IMG/VR virus record: IMGVR_UViG_3300042888_002402
Direction: 5' to 3' (one strand)
Origin: a virus
Length of the DNA stretch: 64,000 nt
The position numbers and the translations under genes are program-made. Positions within the stretch are counted from its first letter, which is position 1; the number at the start of each line of letters is the position of its first letter. This document shows, in pieces, positions 37,555-47,592 of the stretch. The notes under the pieces were generated by a model that was given only the letters and a program-made list of their open reading frames with translations, ran no database searches and was not told the DNA's origin.

Positions 37555-39401
37555 TATGTCCTGCCAACTGCAACTTCAATGGTGCCAATTTCTCCAGAGT
37601 CCCATTCTTCAAGTGCTTTGCCAATGATACATCCAGGTTGATATTGAGTAATGTCAAGTGGCCTAGCAACTCCGTCTATTGTGCTGGCTACCAATCTATC
37701 ACCTTTGTGTATGATTCCTACAACTTTGCAAGGAACTCTACCAGTCAGTGCAACTGCTGCAGTATATTCACTGCTCAGTGTTGAATTCATCAAGTAGGCG
37801 GGTTGTGTACTAACAATGCCAGCAACTTGTGTGTTATGGCTGCCCGAGCTAACAGTTATTTCGCGTGTGCCACCAAACATGACCACAGTGCCTGGCAAGT
37901 ATGTTGCATCTGCAGTATAGACTTCTGCCAAGTCAGCGTATTGTGCAGTGGTTGCTTTGGCAAATATGGTGTTGAAAGTGGCGCCGGCGGCGCCAATGTT
38001 ACCTGAACCTGATGTGGCACCGTTGGTGATTGCAGTAGTAGCATTGTTGATTGTGAGTCCAGATAGTGTACCGACACTTGTAATATTGGGTTGTGCAGCA
38101 GTGGTCACAGTACCTGCTGTGGTTGCACTGGCCACTGTACCCGATACGTTGACTGTGACTGCTCCAGTTGCACCGCTTACAGAAATGTTTGTACCTGCCA
38201 CAATGCTGGTAACACCAGTGTTGGTAATAGAAACTGCACCGGTTGCACTAGTATTTGTACTCAAACCAGAACTGGTTGTCAATGCCGTAACACCGGTATT
38301 AGTAAAGGTAACTGCACCAGTTGCGGCACTTACTCCAATACCTGTTCCTGCCACAGCCGAACCAACTCCAGTATGAGTGTGGTCTGCACGAGCATAACGC
38401 AAACTTGTACCAACTGTGTTGGTACCAATTGATGTTGGTGTTGCTGCACTGGCTTGTCCAATTACAAAAGCAGTGGTAGCTAATTGTGTGGTGTTTGTAT
38501 CTGCTGCTGCCGTGGCTGAACTTGCGTTGCCTGATACTGCCAATGAACCTAATGTACCAACTGAGGTAATATTGGTCTGTGCAGCAGTGGTCAATGTTCC
38601 TACAATGCTGGTGCCACTTAGGTTACCCGAAGTGATGTTGCCAGTAACTGCCAAAGCAGTCAAAGTACCCACTGAGGTAATGTTGGTTTGTGCCGCAGTG
38701 GTCAATGTTCCTACAATGCTGGTGCCACTTAGGTTACCCGAAGTAATGTTGCCAGTAACTGCCAAAGCAGTCAAAGTACCCACTGAAGTGATGTTGGTCT
38801 GTGCGGCAGTTTGTAATGCGCCAGTGACATTAGTGAATGTACCTGCTGTACCTGATACGTTACCACCGGTTATATTACCGGTAGCACTGATGCCACCTGC
38901 AGTTGCCCAAACATTGGCGGTATTATTGTACAACCAAGTGATGAACGGAGTGCCAATCGGACCCACTTCAATGCCGCCGCCGTTGGCCTGCGAGCTATTG
39001 GTTGCGTTATTGGCAAAGTTGATGGTCAAATCATTTGTGCTGACCACATTAGAATTAATAGTTGTGGTATTGCCGTTGACTTGCAAGTTACCAGCAATGA
39101 CCACTAGTCCATCTACGCCACCAGATGCATTCGGGTCAATGGTCAGGGTTGATCCAGATGATACAATGGTATTGCCACTGATGGTAAATCCACCAATTGT
39201 GGCAATTCCAGTAGTGCTGATATTGCCACCTGTGACATTGCCTACTGCACTGACATTTCCAGGAGTTAATAAATTTCCGCCCTGAACATTACCAGTGGCG
39301 CTGAGATTTGTTGGAGCAAATGCTCCGGTAATTGAAATATTATTACCAACAATATTACCAGTGGTTGATATTCCTGTTGTGCCGTCTAGTGTTAATGACA
39401 T
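37554..39401 (-). CDS. Tail fibre/appendage with a C-terminal Peptidase_G2-type intramolecular chaperone domain
   Basis: G/T/N/S/A repeats; YADLAE.Y...PGTVV.FGG...AGIVST.PA...VALTGRVPC.V.G...KGD.LV...IIGKALE. Confidence 0.8.
   Translation of the reverse strand: MSLTLDGTTGISTTGNIVGNNISITGAFAPTNLSATGNVQGGNLLTPGNVSAVGNVTGGNISTTGIATIGGFTISGNTIVSSGSTLTIDPNASGGVDGLVVIAGNLQVNGNTTTINSNVVSTNDLTINFANNATNSSQANGGGIEVGPIGTPFITWLYNNTANVWATAGGISATGNITGGNVSGTAGTFTNVTGALQTAAQTNITSVGTLTALAVTGNITSGNLSGTSIVGTLTTAAQTNITSVGTLTALAVTGNITSGNLSGTSIVGTLTTAAQTNITSVGTLGSLAVSGNASSATAAADTNTTQLATTAFVIGQASAATPTSIGTNTVGTSLRYARADHTHTGVGSAVAGTGIGVSAATGAVTFTNTGVTALTTSSGLSTNTSATGAVSITNTGVTSIVAGTNISVSGATGAVTVNVSGTVASATTAGTVTTAAQPNITSVGTLSGLTINNATTAITNGATSGSGNIGAAGATFNTIFAKATTAQYADLAEVYTADATYLPGTVVMFGGTREITVSSGSHNTQVAGIVSTQPAYLMNSTLSSEYTAAVALTGRVPCKVVGIIHKGDRLVASTIDGVARPLDITQYQPGCIIGKALEEWDSGEIGTIEVAVGRT
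38554..38810. repeat. 111-bp (37-aa) tandem repeat, about 2.3 copies
   Basis: Unit TAAQTNITSVGTLTALAVTGNITSGNLSGTSIVGTLT; GTACC anchors at 38554, 38665 and 38776. Confidence 0.85.
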
Positions 39402-39431
39402 GTCGTGTATCCTTTATCTTTTATATTTATG

Positions 39432-40700
39432 TTAAAAAGACCCAAGTATGTACAGTGTGGAATCATCAGGAATTGTTATATTATACCCAGGAGCAATGCT
39501 AACTGGTCCAAATAATACTGCATTTGTGTTGTCCGCAGTAATAACGTTAGAACTAAGAGTCTTTGGTGTTGCAAACGAACCATACATGCTCAGTGCACCT
39601 GTGCTGATAACCACAGTGTTACTTTGAGCCTGCACACTCATGGCAATGTTTCCACTGGCCACAGGTATGCTGATGTCAGTGGCGCCGTTGGCAATTTGAC
39701 TAGCAGATCCTGCATTAAGTCCAGTGATGTATATGCCATTACCGTACAGATAATTACCAATTACATTTCCGCCAGTGATGTTGCCAGTTGCGCTGATATT
39801 TCCAGCAGTTAAATTACCACTGAATGTTGGTAGGTAATTGGCCACATTGGCATTGCCATATGTTGCTGGCAATCCACTTAAAAATGCTCCATTTCCAAAA
39901 ATATAACTGCCAGTGATATTACCACTGACTGATACATTGCTGGGCAAACTAAATGTCACTGTATCTGTGGCAGTTATGGCAACATTCACTTGATTAGCAG
40001 TTCCGACAAGACTTAGTGTTCCATCCAATGCCAATGCAGTGGTATTGCCGCCATCACTAATGGTAAGGCCACCTGAAATAAATCCATCCACATAAGCTTT
40101 AGTAGCTGCATCTTGAGCAGCCACTGGGTCACTTACATTGTTGATCCAATTGTTGCTAACATTGATATTACCAGACGCTACGGACAACACTCCAGAAACA
40201 TACACACCAGTATTGGCCACGGTTAGCACATTGGCAGTTCCAGCAGAACTTATGGTTACGTTGGCATTTGAATTGACCACAACATTACTGGTGCCGCCAC
40301 TGATACTGTTGGCCATGTAGTTCTGCGTAAAAGTTAATGCAGTGGTACCTATAGTAATGGGGTTATCAGTGATTAATTTCCATTGAGTATCTGCATAAAC
40401 TACACCTTCGGTGACCATGATCACAGTACCGGCCAGCAGTTCTCCAGTTTGATTGTTGTCGTTGGATCGCACCCAAGTACCGTTTGATCCAGATCCCAGG
40501 GTATCAACGTAGTAAATGCCATTTTGGCTGGCAGTGGTTTGACCAGTGACCAACACGCGGTCGTTATTACTGAGAGTAACTCCATCAACTTGACTGGGGG
40601 CACCGCCTGACAAGGTGATATTTGCAGTCGTGACCACACGAGTTGCTTGTTTGTAATCTATGTCATAAATCTGTTGTGCACGAGGTCTGGTTAAGCCCAT
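39432..40700 (-). CDS. Tail fibre-like protein
   Basis: DGVTL...DRVLV..Q.....NGIY.....W.RS.D domain; QDAATKAYVD motif. Confidence 0.75.
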   Translation of the reverse strand: MGLTRPRAQQIYDIDYKQATRVVTTANITLSGGAPSQVDGVTLSNNDRVLVTGQTTASQNGIYYVDTLGSGSNGTWVRSNDNNQTGELLAGTVIMVTEGVVYADTQWKLITDNPITIGTTALTFTQNYMANSISGGTSNVVVNSNANVTISSAGTANVLTVANTGVYVSGVLSVASGNINVSNNWINNVSDPVAAQDAATKAYVDGFISGGLTISDGGNTTALALDGTLSLVGTANQVNVAITATDTVTFSLPSNVSVSGNITGSYIFGNGAFLSGLPATYGNANVANYLPTFSGNLTAGNISATGNITGGNVIGNYLYGNGIYITGLNAGSASQIANGATDISIPVASGNIAMSVQAQSNTVVISTGALSMYGSFATPKTLSSNVITADNTNAVLFGPVSIAPGYNITIPDDSTLYILGSF

Positions 40701-40729
40701 TGTTGTTCCAATTGTATCATATATTTAGT

Positions 40730-40759
40730 AAAAAAAAATAGGACCCGAAGGTCCTATTT
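40730..40759 (-). terminator. T4-type cUUCGg terminator followed by TAAATA (40722-40727)
   Basis: ATAGGACC-TTCG-GGTCCTAT plus T-tract on the minus strand. Confidence 0.9.
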
Positions 40760-40774
40760 GTAAGTGCTGGTAGA

Positions 40775-43700
40775 TTAGAGTCTACCAACAACCACTTCGA
40801 TTATACCAGATTCACCGTTGAAGTTTTCCAGTGCTTTACCAATCACAGTGCCCAGTGTTGGATTGGCTTCTGCACGAGCTTGCCCATTACCAGCTGATAC
40901 CATCATGTCACCTTTGCGTACAGGACCAACAACGCTACACGGCACACGACCTGTTAGTGCTATCATAGCAGTGAATTCACTGTGCAATCCAGAATTCATG
41001 CTATAAGCAGGGTTTGTAGATACCACGCCAGCAATGCGAGGATCTGCATCTGTGTCGCTTAGTGTTATCTCATTGTCACCGCCAAAACTTACAACAGTTC
41101 CAGGTTGATATTCTGCATCGGCTGAATATTTCTCTGCCAAGTCAGCGTATTGTGCAGTGGTTGCTTTGGCAAATACTGTGTTGAAACCTGCACCCGAAGC
41201 ACCAATGTTGCCGCTGCCAGCAGTACCACCATTGACAATTGCAGTAGCATTATTGTTGGCATTAACAGTGATTGCACCACTAACTGTAAGTGCAGTTAAT
41301 GTACCAACACTTGTGATGTTGCCTTGTGCTCCTGTGGTCACTGTGCCTGCAGTGGTTGCACTGGACACTGTGCCTGATACGTTGGCGCCTGCCACTGCAT
41401 TGGCAGTTGTTGCAAAAGCCACTGCACCTGATACGTTACCGCCTGGAATACTTGTTAATCCTGCACCAGATCCATTGAATTGTGAGCCAGTCACTTGACC
41501 AGTTACACTAACAGTAGTACCTGTATGATTGGTAGCTGATACGTTACCACCAGTTATGTTGCCAGTAGCACTGATGCCACCTGCAGTTGCCCACACATTG
41601 GCGGTATTGTTGTACAACCAAGTGATGAACGGTGAACCAATTGGACCCACTTCAATACCACCACCATTGGCTGCGGCACTGTTAATTGCATTGTTAGCAT
41701 AGTTGACTGTTAAGTCGTTAGTGCTAACCACATTAGAGTTAATGGTTGTGGTGTTGCCGTTCACTTGCAAGTTGCCTGCAATCACCACTAGTCCATCTAC
41801 ACCACCAGATGCATTTGGATCAATGGTCAGTGTTGGTCCAGCACTCACAATTGTATTAGCACTAATTGTAAATCCGCCTATGGTAGCAGTTCCTGCAGTG
41901 CTTAAATTACCACCTGTGACATTGCCTGTTGCACTAACAGTAGCACCATTGAGTACTGCGCTTGCATTACCAATTGTGGCAGCATTAACAGTGGCTGCCG
42001 ATACAGTGCCTGTTACAGCCAAACTACTTAACGTACCCACAGAAGTAATGTTTGTTTGTGCGGCTGTTTGTAGTGTACCTGTTAGTGTTGCACCTGAATT
42101 ACCAATTGTGGCTGCATTAACAGTGTCAGCAGTTATAGTGCCTGTGCCAGATACAACACCTGACCCAAATATCACATTGCCACCTGTGACATTGCCACTT
42201 GTGCTGATAAAACCAGAGCCTGCTGACAAGTTGCCACCGGTTACAGTGCCGTTTGCTTGTACAGTGCCAGCAACACTTACTCCAGTTGTGGCAATAACTG
42301 CCACATTTGGTGTGCCGCCAACTCCAGCAGTTATACTGCCATTGCTGGTTGCTATAGTGACATTACTTGTGCCATTGCTGATTGCAGCAGTGTTGAGTCC
42401 AACCACATTGGCGCCATTGATACTGGTCAATGCATAGCCGTTACCTAGTATATAACTACCACTTATGTTGCCATTGGCAGTGATTGTGCCTATTACGCTG
42501 ACACCTGTGGTAGTTGCAGTCAGCACGTTGGCAGTGCTGTTTACTGTGATAAATGCATTGCCATTGGTACCACGGAATCCTAAACTGCTGGTGCCAGCAG
42601 TGATTGAACTGACGTCAATGTTCCCAACTTCCAGCGTGGCAGGAGTTGTTCCGTCGCCTTCTAACACAGCAAATGTGTTTCCTGTGGCTTGTAATTGCAA
42701 GCCACCTAGATAAATGGTGTTGCCTGACACATACAAGCTCTGCCATTGATTGGTTGCATTGCCCAAGGTCTGTAACACATTGGATGTTGGGATCAAATTA
42801 CCAGTTACGTTAACTTGAGCAAGCGTTGGATCAGCAGCCACCACACCAGAGTCGTTGGAGTTTGTGATTGAGCTGACAGTGGTTGTGGTTGTGATTCCAC
42901 GCACATCAATTGAGTCACCAGGCTCTGGTGCTTCAGTGAATGTGAGTACACAGGTCGGGTCCACACCTGACACAGAATACGCAGTGGTCGGAATCTGCAG
43001 CACACCATTGATACTGACAATAACACTGTTGGTTGTTTGTGTGCTGTTTAATGTGAACGCTACAGTTGATCCATCACCGGTAAACTGTTGGTCGTCAACA
43101 ACTGTGAATACAGTTGAGCCAACACTTTGCCATTCAGTGTTGTTGTAAATTTCCAAACTGTTGGTAGTGTTGTTAAAACGCAACATACCAGTGACACCAG
43201 TTGATGGACGTTGATTTGTGTTACCAACCGGAGCAAGAATAGAAGTACTCGAGTTAAATGCCGCTATGGCATTTACAGTTTGTGTGCTTGAACCAAAACT
43301 GGCTGAGTTACTAGTGGCACTCACATAAAACACATTGGCCGCAGTGCCGTTAACAGCAAAATCCACTGTGTTTAGTGCAGAATTAAAGTTGACTCTACCA
43401 TTACTTACGCTTGTTATGTCGTTGCCAGTGGAACCGCCTATAATAATATTACTTCCAAAAACATTGCCTGCACGGACAGCATTATTGAGTAAGATATTGC
43501 CAGCATGCACATTGCCTGTAACACTGACATTGGCTGGCAAACTAAATGTCACTGTATCTGTAGTGGTAATCTGAACGTTGACTTGATCAGCAGTTCCAAC
43601 CAAACTTAGTGTTCCATCCAATGCCAATGCAGTGGTGTTGGCACCATCACTGATTGTGATACCGCCTGAAATAAAGCTATCCACATAGGCTTTGGTGGCT

Positions 43701-46486
43701 GCGTCTTGAGCTGCCTGAGGGTCAATCACATTGTTGATGTAATTTACACCAGCATCAATGTTACCAGTGTTGGGAATTACGATATTACCAGTGTAAAAAC
43801 CAGTGCCTGCAAGAACATTGCCTGAGGCAGTCAGTGTGGTAGCACTGATCACATTGGCGCCTGTGATATTACCTGCAGTGCCGATGTTGCCAGCTATGAC
43901 GTTGCCGTTAACGCTTAACAAGCCTGTGGTGTTGATTCCAGTATCATAGAATGTGGCAACAACATTAGAACTATTGCCAACAGCTACTACCAAATTGGCA
44001 TTTGCACTGGCAATGTTGGCAAAACTGCCACCATTGAATATTTTGCTTACATTCACATTACCTGGATTGATGTTGCTGATGTAGAAGCCATCACCAACAA
44101 AGAAACTGCCAGTGGTTATGTTGCCGCCTGCAGAAACATCTGCTACTACATAAACATTGCCGCCATTCACGTTGGTTGTGACATTCAAATTGCCATCAAC
44201 ATTGCCTGTCAAGCTCAGGTTAGCACCTGTCAAGAAGCTGTTAGAGGTTATGTTACCACCTGAACTGATAAAAGATACTGCTAATAAATTACCGCCAGTG
44301 ACATTACCGCCCACTGACAAACTGGTACCTGTGGCGTTGCCAATATTGGGAGATGTAAAAACAGCATTAGCTGAAACTTGCAGATTGCCTGTTCCGCTAA
44401 AATCAATAGTAGTGGTATCAACCCGGGCGCTGATAACTGTGCCAACAATTGCAATACCGTTACCAGCTTGTAAAGAGCCTGCGCCTCCAAACTGCGTCCA
44501 TGTTATTGGACTTGTTCCTACCGCAGTCACATTGGCAGTTTGAACCCATTGAGTGTTTCCATACACATTACCGTACTGGTTGAATACAAAGTCACCGGGT
44601 TGTATCTGAGCAGGACTATTAAAGTCGCTGGCACGAGTCAACACAGTGGAGTTGGAGAATACATACACACCATTTTCTACTGTGTTGGCCTGTGCAGTCA
44701 CCAAGATTCGTGTGTTGGCCACTGCTATGTTCACACCGTCAATGTTGGCATAAACACCGGTTGTTACCAGATTGGCACCCACACCTGCGTTACCATTGTT
44801 GTAGGTAACAGTACCACCAGATATGTTGGCCAATGTTGCAGGAGTAACTGCAAAGGTACTTGCTATAACTGTCAAGCCTTGTGCAACCGAATCCACATAG
44901 TACTTGGTTGCTGCATCTTGGTTTGCAATTGGGTCAGCCAAGTTCTTGATATACAATCCTGAAACACCAATGTTGCCCGAAGCACTGATATTGACATCAC
45001 CACCTTGTGCAGTCAATGCCAATGCACCACTGGCCACAACATTAGGAGTATTAACGCCAACACCGCCCCAGACATTGCCTGCAGTGCTGATATCTCCTGA
45101 ACTTGCAGCGTAGATATTTCCACCAGTGATATTGGCTACTGCTGATATATCAGTTTGAGCATATATATTACCACCTGAGCTGATCAAGGTTGTTGCTAAT
45201 AAGTTGCCACCTGTCACAGTGCTTGTGACATTCAAGTTGCCATCCACATTGCCTGACAGGCTTAGATTTGCACCTGTCAAGAAGCTGCTTGCCGATACAT
45301 TGCCACCTGAGCTGACCAGGGTCACGGCTACTAGATTGCCGCCATTAACTGATGTAGTCACATTTAAGTTGCCATCCACATTGCCTGTCAGGCTCAGATT
45401 TGCACCAGTCAAGAAACTGTTAGAGATTATATTACCATTGACACTGAGTGTTCCTGTGAGATTGACTCCAGTATCATAGAACGTGGCCACTGAGTTTGAA
45501 CTGTTGCCGATGGCCACTACCAAATTGGCATTTGCACTGGCAATGTTGGCAAAACTGCCACCGTTGACTATTTTAGTTATAGCTACGTTGCCTGGATTGA
45601 TGTTGCTGATGTAGAAGCCATCACCAATAAAGAAACTGCCAGTGGTTATGTTGCCGCCAGCACTGACAATTCCTACAGCTACTAAATTGCCACCTGTTAC
45701 ATTGGCAGTGACGTTCAAATTGCCATCCACATTACCTGATAAACTTAGATTTGCACCTGTTAGGAAACTGCTGGCTGATACGTTGCCACCAGAGCTGACC
45801 AGGGTAATGCCAACAATATTTCCACCTGTCACAGTACTTGTTACATTTAGGTTGCCATCCACATTACCCGACAAACTTAGATTTGCACCAGTCAAGAAAC
45901 TTGACGCACTAACGTTACCGCCCGAACTGACCAAAGTCACTGCTGACAAATTACCAGCATTCAAGTTGCCAGTGACGTTGGCCGTGGATACAATATTTCC
46001 CACTAAGCTTGTGGTGCCGTTTACTGCCAAATTACTGTTGGCTGTGATATTTGCAGCTTTAAAATCTGCGTAACTGGCAATGGTGAATACAGTGTTACTA
46101 TAGGTGTTGCCCTGATCTGTCAGGGTAAATGCTGCCACAAACTGGCTGTCGCTTTCTTTCCAGGCCAGTGCAATATTCTCAGATGCGCCACGCAGGCCAA
46201 TATAACCAATGTCAACTGTGGCATTTCCTGAAGTTTGTCCCGAAGCCAGCACCAGCAACGGATCTTCAATCAAGGTGTTGACAGTGTCAACTGTGGTTGT
46301 GGTACCCGAAACTGTCAAGTTACCAGTGATGGTAAGACTTGAATCATAGTTAAGATTGTTAGCAAGTTTTGCACTTGTAATAGTGTAATTTTGCAACTTT
46401 GACGCGGCATTTACACCGAGATAGATATTACCAGCACTGGCGTCGGTAATTTGATTGTTATTAATTCGGGTTAGATTTGTGGCCAC
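40775..46486 (-). CDS. Long tail fibre (1903 aa) with internal repeats and a C-terminal Peptidase_G2-type domain
   Basis: Repeated SSGGNVSASSFLTGANLSLSGNVDGNLNVT units, QDAATK.YVD, FTGDGS..FTL domain, YADLAEKY C-terminus. Confidence 0.85.
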   Translation of the reverse strand: MATNLTRINNNQITDASAGNIYLGVNAASKLQNYTITSAKLANNLNYDSSLTITGNLTVSGTTTTVDTVNTLIEDPLLVLASGQTSGNATVDIGYIGLRGASENIALAWKESDSQFVAAFTLTDQGNTYSNTVFTIASYADFKAANITANSNLAVNGTTSLVGNIVSTANVTGNLNAGNLSAVTLVSSGGNVSASSFLTGANLSLSGNVDGNLNVTSTVTGGNIVGITLVSSGGNVSASSFLTGANLSLSGNVDGNLNVTANVTGGNLVAVGIVSAGGNITTGSFFIGDGFYISNINPGNVAITKIVNGGSFANIASANANLVVAIGNSSNSVATFYDTGVNLTGTLSVNGNIISNSFLTGANLSLTGNVDGNLNVTTSVNGGNLVAVTLVSSGGNVSASSFLTGANLSLSGNVDGNLNVTSTVTGGNLLATTLISSGGNIYAQTDISAVANITGGNIYAASSGDISTAGNVWGGVGVNTPNVVASGALALTAQGGDVNISASGNIGVSGLYIKNLADPIANQDAATKYYVDSVAQGLTVIASTFAVTPATLANISGGTVTYNNGNAGVGANLVTTGVYANIDGVNIAVANTRILVTAQANTVENGVYVFSNSTVLTRASDFNSPAQIQPGDFVFNQYGNVYGNTQWVQTANVTAVGTSPITWTQFGGAGSLQAGNGIAIVGTVISARVDTTTIDFSGTGNLQVSANAVFTSPNIGNATGTSLSVGGNVTGGNLLAVSFISSGGNITSNSFLTGANLSLTGNVDGNLNVTTNVNGGNVYVVADVSAGGNITTGSFFVGDGFYISNINPGNVNVSKIFNGGSFANIASANANLVVAVGNSSNVVATFYDTGINTTGLLSVNGNVIAGNIGTAGNITGANVISATTLTASGNVLAGTGFYTGNIVIPNTGNIDAGVNYINNVIDPQAAQDAATKAYVDSFISGGITISDGANTTALALDGTLSLVGTADQVNVQITTTDTVTFSLPANVSVTGNVHAGNILLNNAVRAGNVFGSNIIIGGSTGNDITSVSNGRVNFNSALNTVDFAVNGTAANVFYVSATSNSASFGSSTQTVNAIAAFNSSTSILAPVGNTNQRPSTGVTGMLRFNNTTNSLEIYNNTEWQSVGSTVFTVVDDQQFTGDGSTVAFTLNSTQTTNSVIVSINGVLQIPTTAYSVSGVDPTCVLTFTEAPEPGDSIDVRGITTTTTVSSITNSNDSGVVAADPTLAQVNVTGNLIPTSNVLQTLGNATNQWQSLYVSGNTIYLGGLQLQATGNTFAVLEGDGTTPATLEVGNIDVSSITAGTSSLGFRGTNGNAFITVNSTANVLTATTTGVSVIGTITANGNISGSYILGNGYALTSINGANVVGLNTAAISNGTSNVTIATSNGSITAGVGGTPNVAVIATTGVSVAGTVQANGTVTGGNLSAGSGFISTSGNVTGGNVIFGSGVVSGTGTITADTVNAATIGNSGATLTGTLQTAAQTNITSVGTLSSLAVTGTVSAATVNAATIGNASAVLNGATVSATGNVTGGNLSTAGTATIGGFTISANTIVSAGPTLTIDPNASGGVDGLVVIAGNLQVNGNTTTINSNVVSTNDLTVNYANNAINSAAANGGGIEVGPIGSPFITWLYNNTANVWATAGGISATGNITGGNVSATNHTGTTVSVTGQVTGSQFNGSGAGLTSIPGGNVSGAVAFATTANAVAGANVSGTVSSATTAGTVTTGAQGNITSVGTLTALTVSGAITVNANNNATAIVNGGTAGSGNIGASGAGFNTVFAKATTAQYADLAEKYSADAEYQPGTVVSFGGDNEITLSDTDADPRIAGVVSTNPAYSMNSGLHSEFTAMIALTGRVPCSVVGPVRKGDMMVSAGNGQARAEANPTLGTVIGKALENFNGESGIIEVVVGRL

Positions 46487-46560
46487 GGCTTGATTACTCC
46501 ATTATCATGAAGTATTTACCAAAATATCAAATTTTGATAGTTAGTGGTGATTATTTGTGT

Positions 46561-47592
46561 CTATAAAAAGCGAACGTCTATTGCGTCGCCAACAGAAGGC
46601 GCTTCTGAAAACACCAGATTTGCACTAGGATCCGGTGACATTGAGTAGGCAATTCCGGGTATCTGCACCACACCATTGAGCATGATCAGTGCAGCAGCTG
46701 AACTTGTGCTTTGTGTTAATGTAAAAGTATTTTGCACACCGTTGCCGTACAGTGTTTGATTTGTAATGGTTGGTGCACCCACTGTGGCCCAGGCATTTCC
46801 ATTATAAATTTCAACTGCTGGAGTATCAGTGTTATATCTTATGGTTCCTAACGTTGCCGGGTTTGGTTGTTGTGCAGTATTTCCTACCGGAATAACCAAA
46901 CCTGTTGTGGTATCTATTGTTATTAATCCTGTTCCAGTGGGTTGCAAAGTAATAGTAGCATTGGCAACACTGGAACTGATTGTGGTATTGCTAAAGGTAA
47001 TATTCCCAGTGTTGCCGCCCACACCAAATTGGCCCACGTATCTATAGCCCACAATGTACACTGCTTTGCCAGCGACGCCACCACTTATAGATGCTGGTAT
47101 TGTGGCTCCGTTAAAGTTTAAAATACCAGCTTGATAGTCAAAAAACCAAGTGTCGTCTGAGCCGGATCCAGCTTGGAACAATCTGGTGCCGGTGGTTTGT
47201 GGAGTGGTAGATCCTACGTTATCCACATAAACTGATACCAGATAGTTGGTGCCAAACTGTGTGGGTATCCAGTTGGTTAAATTGGTTTTCCAAGTTTGAT
47301 TGTCAGGTGCAGTTAAATCTTCTGTGCATTCTACTGTGGGGCTATATCCACCACCACCACCGTCTTTGTAAACTTCAACCAAAGAAGTAGTGTTGCTGGG
47401 TGGTGAACTAGGAATGTCACCACTGTAGGTCCAGACCAGGTCGCCGCGATACAGCAACGGACTGGCTATGCTTTCGTTAAACGCTTCTTTACTGCCCGAA
47501 CCCGGAGGAGGTATAGAAGTTTTGGCCACACCGTAACCAACTTTTTTCCAGAGATAGTCTAGTTTTTGACTTTCGTTAAATGAAGCAGCCAT
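46561..47592 (-). CDS. Fibre/baseplate-associated structural protein
   Basis: WFFDYQAGILNF; GLVIPVGNTAQQP..GTIRYNT and a C-terminal domain shared with the 1903-aa and 137-aa proteins. Confidence 0.65.
   Translation of the reverse strand: MAASFNESQKLDYLWKKVGYGVAKTSIPPPGSGSKEAFNESIASPLLYRGDLVWTYSGDIPSSPPSNTTSLVEVYKDGGGGGYSPTVECTEDLTAPDNQTWKTNLTNWIPTQFGTNYLVSVYVDNVGSTTPQTTGTRLFQAGSGSDDTWFFDYQAGILNFNGATIPASISGGVAGKAVYIVGYRYVGQFGVGGNTGNITFSNTTISSSVANATITLQPTGTGLITIDTTTGLVIPVGNTAQQPNPATLGTIRYNTDTPAVEIYNGNAWATVGAPTITNQTLYGNGVQNTFTLTQSTSSAAALIMLNGVVQIPGIAYSMSPDPSANLVFSEAPSVGDAIDVRFL

Noticed and set aside
37948-46073. Long plus-strand ORFs (e.g. 38416..39285, 41703..42437)
   Set aside because: Antisense shadows of low-complexity fibre codons, with no SD, promoter or recognisable motifs.
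37554-46486. Diversity-generating retroelement template/variable repeat pair
   Set aside because: Both repeat copies are in-frame coding, mismatches are not adenine-specific, and there is no reverse transcriptase in the window.
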